DNA of 56,224 nucleotides, taken from Aulosira sp. ZfuVER01 (GTDB lineage Bacteria > Cyanobacteriota > Cyanobacteriia > Cyanobacteriales > Nostocaceae). Positions within the stretch are counted from its first letter, which is position 1. Each line of letters begins with the position of its first letter. Below are positions 51,590 to 56,224 of this stretch, in pieces. The notes under the pieces are model-generated. The model worked only from the letters and a program-made list of their open reading frames with translations. It was not told where the DNA came from and made no database searches. The position numbers and the translations under genes were made by a program. Location of the stretch: assembly GCA_034530615.2 (NCBI GenBank), contig JAVRCV020000075.1, positions 1-56,224 on the forward strand, read 5' to 3'.

Positions 51590-52309
51590 TTAGGAATTAA
51601 CTTCCAACTGTGGCGAGTGAGTTGGGCATTCAAACTTATACCCTACACCACGTACTGTCTGAATCAATGCTGGCTGGCTAGCATCAATTTCTATCTTTTT
51701 GCGGATTTGACCGATATGTACATCTACAACCCGCTGATCCCCTACATATTCGTAGTCCCAGACCTCTTGAATCAGTTCTGCACGCCGCCACACTCGACCT
51801 GGATGGCTAGCTAAAAAATGTAACAAGTCAAATTCTAGTGCAGTTAAGGGTACTGGCTGGTTGTTAAGAGCCACTTCGCGCCGCACTGGATCGATCATCA
51901 GCTTTTCAAATACCAGACGTTTCTGTTCTGCGGTTGTTACAACTCGCTGACGCCTCAAGATAGCTGCTACTCTGACTTCTAGTTCCCCCAATCCAAAGGG
52001 TTTGGTGAGGTAGTCATCAGCACCTTTAGAAAAGCCGCGAATCTTGTCAGCTTCGTCGGCGCGGCTAGTCAGCATAAGAACAAAAACACCATTACGGCCT
52101 TGCATCTCTTGGCAGAGGTTAAACCCTATAACATCTGGCAAATTTACATCTAAAATCACCAAATCCGGGTTAAATTGCTCAAATAGTGCTAAGGCTGTTT
52201 TTCCATCCTCAGCAGCTTCTACTTGATAGCTCTGCTTAATTAAAAAGCGTTGGATTAAATTCCGAACCGCAGGGTCGTCATCAACTACAAGAATCTTGGC
52301 AGGAGCCAT
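51590..52309 (-). CDS. OmpR/PhoB-family DNA-binding response regulator
   Basis: KILVVDDD, LVILDVNLP, GADDYLTKPF, VDVHIGQIRKK, IQTVRGVGY. Confidence 0.96.
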   Translation of the reverse strand: MAPAKILVVDDDPAVRNLIQRFLIKQSYQVEAAEDGKTALALFEQFNPDLVILDVNLPDVIGFNLCQEMQGRNGVFVLMLTSRADEADKIRGFSKGADDYLTKPFGLGELEVRVAAILRRQRVVTTAEQKRLVFEKLMIDPVRREVALNNQPVPLTALEFDLLHFLASHPGRVWRRAELIQEVWDYEYVGDQRVVDVHIGQIRKKIEIDASQPALIQTVRGVGYKFECPTHSPQLEVNS

Positions 52310-52990
52310 GACCATCACTTTGCACAACAATTCACTAAGGATTAATAGGGAGAGTGCGTAAAAACGCAGTTTCCACTTTGGGAATTAGTTAAGAATCTAC
52401 AAGGCTAAGAGATGCATTTCCTGACTATCTTAAGATAATACTTTAATTAGGATTCTGAACAATTAAGCTGTTCATAGAACTTGCTGTTGTGTGTAAATAC
52501 CGCAGTAGTTACATTTTTGTCCAGTAAGCAATCATTTTGACCTCAGCCACAGTAGTTTAGTACAGTAGATACTTTTCCTATCCTAAGCAAGTGGTAATTT
52601 AAATTGTTTCAATCTTAAATCGATATGCGGATCGATACCACCAAAAATTCTGCAACTCATGGGTGAAAACACCATCTGAGCAAGATAATTGGCTAAATTT
52701 TCCACCAAAAATTTAATTTTTTCATAAAAACTACGTTTTAGGTATTCCTAAGTTCAAATTCTAGATTAGAGCCAGAAATAGTCAACGACATGAGGGGATA
52801 CACGGAGTTATAGCAATATGTTAAAGTTACTTATAGTTAAAATTCCCAAGTCGATCAAACTAACCCATGCTACTATCCTGGTAGGGCATAAAAATTGATC
52901 GGCATATGGGTGACGATCAAAATCAGACCTGAAGTTGTATTTCCGTCAACATAAAGACTGCCGCTGACCGAGGCTAAAGTACAAACTCCC

Positions 52991-53617
52991 ATGAGCGATC
53001 AAAATCCCTACGAAAAACTTGGGGTCTCAGAAGATGCTAGCTTCGATGAAATTCAAGATGCTCGCAATCGCCTGTTCGAGCAACACATTGGCGATGCCAA
53101 GCTTATAGAAGTAATTGAAGCGGCTTACGACGCGATTTTAATGGATCGTTTACGAATGCGCCAGGAAGGTAAAATCAAAGTGCCTGAGCGGATTCGATTT
53201 CCAGAGCTACGTGTGCAATCGCTCCCCAAAGAAAGCCCAACTAAGAGCGAGCAGTCGCCAGCATGGCTACAACGTATGCTGGATCAGCCAACGCCTGCTG
53301 ATATATTATTACCTGGAGCTTGGTATCTGGGTTTGAGTGCTGCTAGTCTGTTTTACCCAGCTACAGGCGATCAAGTTTTGCAGTTAGCATTAGTAGTTGG
53401 GGTAGGGATTAGTATTTACTTTCTCAATCGCAAGGAAGGTAAATTTGGTAGAGCAGTTTTATTAACGTTGGTTGGGCTAATAATTGGCTTAATTATTGGT
53501 GGGTTGGTTGCTAACTGGCTTTTGCCACAAGTAACATTTGTGAATTTAACGCCCAATCAGTTTTCCACGGTGCTGACTTTTGTATTGTTGTGGTTGGTTA
53601 GTAGTTTTTTACGTTAA
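52991..53617 (+). CDS. CPP1-like (DUF3353) J-like membrane protein
   Basis: NPYEKLGVSEDASFDEI, IEAAYDAILMDRLRMRQEGKIKV, C-terminal TM helices. Confidence 0.88.
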   Translation: MSDQNPYEKLGVSEDASFDEIQDARNRLFEQHIGDAKLIEVIEAAYDAILMDRLRMRQEGKIKVPERIRFPELRVQSLPKESPTKSEQSPAWLQRMLDQPTPADILLPGAWYLGLSAASLFYPATGDQVLQLALVVGVGISIYFLNRKEGKFGRAVLLTLVGLIIGLIIGGLVANWLLPQVTFVNLTPNQFSTVLTFVLLWLVSSFLR

Positions 53618-53695
53618 TTTAAGGAACAGCTTACCCAATTTCTGCAATTGGACAATTGTCCAAGTCAAGTGTCTAAAAATGTTGAGTTTTTCGTG

Positions 53696-53742
53696 GCTAA
53701 CGGGTAGTAGATGCTGCATCTAAGGATCTATTACCCGTTAGC
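53696..53742. terminator. Hairpin between convergent genes
   Basis: GCTAACGGGTAGTAGAT...ATCTATTACCCGTTAGC. Confidence 0.65.
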
Positions 53743-53779
53743 TATTGTTGATTGCAGAGTGTTTAAGAAGAACAACCTA

Positions 53780-54505
53780 CTACCCAATATAGAGATGTTG
53801 TGGCTCGGTGAGTTTACCTTCTATGATGAGATTTACCGCAATGCTCAAATCCCGAACAATTAAGTCGGGTTGGTAAACTTCTAATTGGGCGCGATCGCGG
53901 ATACCAGACTCTACAGCGATCGCTTTAATATCATGTTTTTTAGCGGCAGTTATATCGGCTTCCGTATCCCCCACCATCCAGCTATCAGCAACCGCAGGTA
54001 GTTCTGCTAAGGCGCGTGCCATTAATAAAGGCTTATCTTCAATATCTCGGGTTTTCACATAGTCGTTACTGAGGCAATAACAGCGATTTTCTGGGAAAAA
54101 TCTATCTAATTGAAATTTTTGAAAAGCATAGTCTAGTTCCCAAACACGGCGCATTGTCATGACTGCCAAATCGATTCCAGCCTGCTGAATTTTTAAAAGT
54201 GCGTCCACAGCGCCAGGTACAAGGCTGTCGTATTGAAAGTACTGTTCTGTATGTACTGTTTGCCGCCGCAATTGTGCAAATTCTAGTGCCTGCGCTTCGT
54301 CTAGTCCAGAATTTAAAGCAATTTGTTTTTCAGGAACCCGCGATCGCTTGAGTTGCCAAAATTCTGCCTTAGAAAGTTCTCGTACTGATTGAGTTGGGCG
54401 TCGGGTTTTTTCTAGGCAAAATTGATAAACACGGTAGTATCGTTCGGAAACATCAACAATCGGGCCGTCGAAGTCAGTAAATAGTCTTAGCATCGGCGGA
54501 AACAA
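53780..54505 (-). CDS. HAD-family hydrolase (phosphoglycolate phosphatase-like)
   Basis: TDFDGP, VMTMR, DKP, MVGDTEADI. Confidence 0.9.
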   Translation of the reverse strand: MFPPMLRLFTDFDGPIVDVSERYYRVYQFCLEKTRRPTQSVRELSKAEFWQLKRSRVPEKQIALNSGLDEAQALEFAQLRRQTVHTEQYFQYDSLVPGAVDALLKIQQAGIDLAVMTMRRVWELDYAFQKFQLDRFFPENRCYCLSNDYVKTRDIEDKPLLMARALAELPAVADSWMVGDTEADITAAKKHDIKAIAVESGIRDRAQLEVYQPDLIVRDLSIAVNLIIEGKLTEPQHLYIG

Positions 54506-54701
54506 ACATTAATTTTTATTACAATTATCTCACGTATTGTTACTTCTAGGAAGGTGGTTAATCAATTTAGTACAAGCCTTTGTAAAAGGAGTTGGGGAAA
54601 ATCGAGGTTTGATTTTCGGTTTCACTACCCTACTTTGTGTGTTCTCCGAAGTAGAATAGGAAGCTACCCTTCCTTTGTGTAAGTTCTACCCAAGCTTATA
54701 T

Positions 54702-56087
54702 TTAAGAGTTACCTACTTCCCAACTTTTGTCTGTTTGCTTGAGTATAAAACAACTACTAGACTGTAAAAATTTGATAAAAGTACCACTTATATGCAAACT
54801 TTTCATCTGTTGAGTAATTGATTTACTATATTTTTTATTGAATTCGCTAGCTAAAATTCCAGCATTAATATAACTTACGGATGATTTTTTAGTTAAAATT
54901 TTTATAATATTCCTGAGTGCTTGTTCCAGATCAGCTTTTGTATTAATATTTAGCAATGAAGACTCTGGACTGCTACTACCATAAGCTTGATTATTGTTAT
55001 CTATCGGCTGTGATTGATTAACTTCCAATAGCGTTACATATAATTCAGAAGTTGGATCGATTTGATGAATAACAAAATCGGCAGCATAGTTAATGAAAAT
55101 ATCTCTAGCCTTTTTCCCTGGTAAATGCTTAGAAACAACTTGACTAATAGTTATTTTATATTATTTTTTAAATATTTCTGAAAGCCTGGAAAGTTTAATC
55201 CAAAAACTTTGGCTATTTATTTGCTCTTTTTTATTAAAATCTTTAACTCTAGAATCAATTTCTCAATTAATGAAATTTTAGCTGGCAAAACAGGGATGTT
55301 AATCATAGACTTTCCAGTCGAAGAATTAAATACTGTTACAGTTTCTCCCTGCTTGCTAACCCGATACACTATTAATCCATTCTGCTGAATATGATTGCAT
55401 AAGTTAGTCATAACTGTATCTGAAGAACAGACAAAAACTTCTTTGGCGTTTGGATAACGCTCATGTATTGACGAGCCAAAAGCTATCATTTTACCATCAG
55501 CATGGTCTCTACCAGCAGGAACATGAATCAAATCGTAGCCACTATTATGTAATTCAACATCGATTTTTTTACTTATACTGCGCCAGTTAGCAAAAGCAAT
55601 CTTTACTTGCAGAGGAAAATGGCATACTTCAGTTAAAAATTTTTCGGTTTCAGGGTTAATTGTTAAGTTCTCTGCATCCAAAAGTAAAATAGCTATTCCG
55701 GTCTGCTGTAAAGAAATAACATTAGCAGCAGGCATAAATGTTTCAGATGATTCTATATATTTGAAATTACCTGTACTATCTAAATAATTTTTTTTAGGAT
55801 TAAGTTGATAAACTTTATGTAGTAATTCTATTAATATTGGTGAATTAAAAGATTCGGGAATTAGCCAATTATGTAGGTATCCTTCCAAATTTTTAATTAA
55901 TGCATTCCAGTCTGTAGTTTGGCTGAGTATTCCTGCGAACTTAGATTCAATATTATTGCTACGCCACTGAATATGCTTGTATTTTTCGTTTAATAAATCT
56001 GGTTGTTGCTCTTGAATAGAAATAATAGCTTGGCAAACATAGGACGCGATGATGTTTATTGGGAAATTGTCATGGTTAGTCAGTCAT
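54702..56087 (-). pseudogene. Disrupted NYN-domain ribonuclease with C-terminal OST-HTH/LOTUS-like domains
   Basis: LLLDAEN, AFANW, DHADGKM, VCSSD motifs; 4-bp duplication after ATG, frameshift in A6 run near 55230, in-frame TAA at 55161-55163. Confidence 0.8.
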
Positions 56088-56224
56088 GACTCTTCATGTG
56101 GCATAGCTAATAATATTTTATTAGTAAATACTGATTTAAATCATTGGGAGACACAAGAATCTACCAATGTTATAGCCATAGCCAGCTTAGTTAGGACGCT
56201 GCTTGCTTGAGAACAGTTTCCATT

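Noticed and set aside
1..56224. Numerous short antisense or overlapping ORFs; tRNA, rRNA, CRISPR, transposase, prophage
   Set aside because: Short ORFs are shadows of confident genes; no recognisable RNA genes, spacer arrays, integrase or transposase motifs were seen by eye

Overview
Chromosomal segment of a cyanobacterium, most likely heterocyst-forming Nostocales. The evidence is abundant HIP1 octamers (GCGATCGC), short tandem repeats (STRR), small dispersed repeats (SDR) and MITE-like elements, plus pcxA, chlP and cyanoexosortase. Most of the window is housekeeping and signalling genes: rsmH, ssb, mltA, pcxA, hpnI, cysA, chlP, recA, a PknA-like kinase, hemL, hisIE, an SLH-porin, ABC/MFS transporters, two histidine kinases and a response regulator. 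I saw no rRNA, tRNA, CRISPR array or transposase. The main accessory or unusual items are: (i) a stand-alone papain-fold toxin plus putative immunity gene after rsmH; (ii) an Rpn-like protein with a probable internal start for a small antitoxin; (iii) a YidD-like protein with a periodic Asp-Cys tail upstream of cysA; (iv) a HAD/HerA-type ATPase fusion carrying an in-frame 21-nt insert inside a HIP1 site; (v) an mltA start codon and RBS apparently supplied by a MITE end; (vi) a cluster of DnaA-box-like motifs away from dnaA/dnaN; (vii) a candidate sRNA; (viii) a triply lesioned NYN/OST-HTH pseudogene. All family calls come from motifs read by eye; no searches were run.
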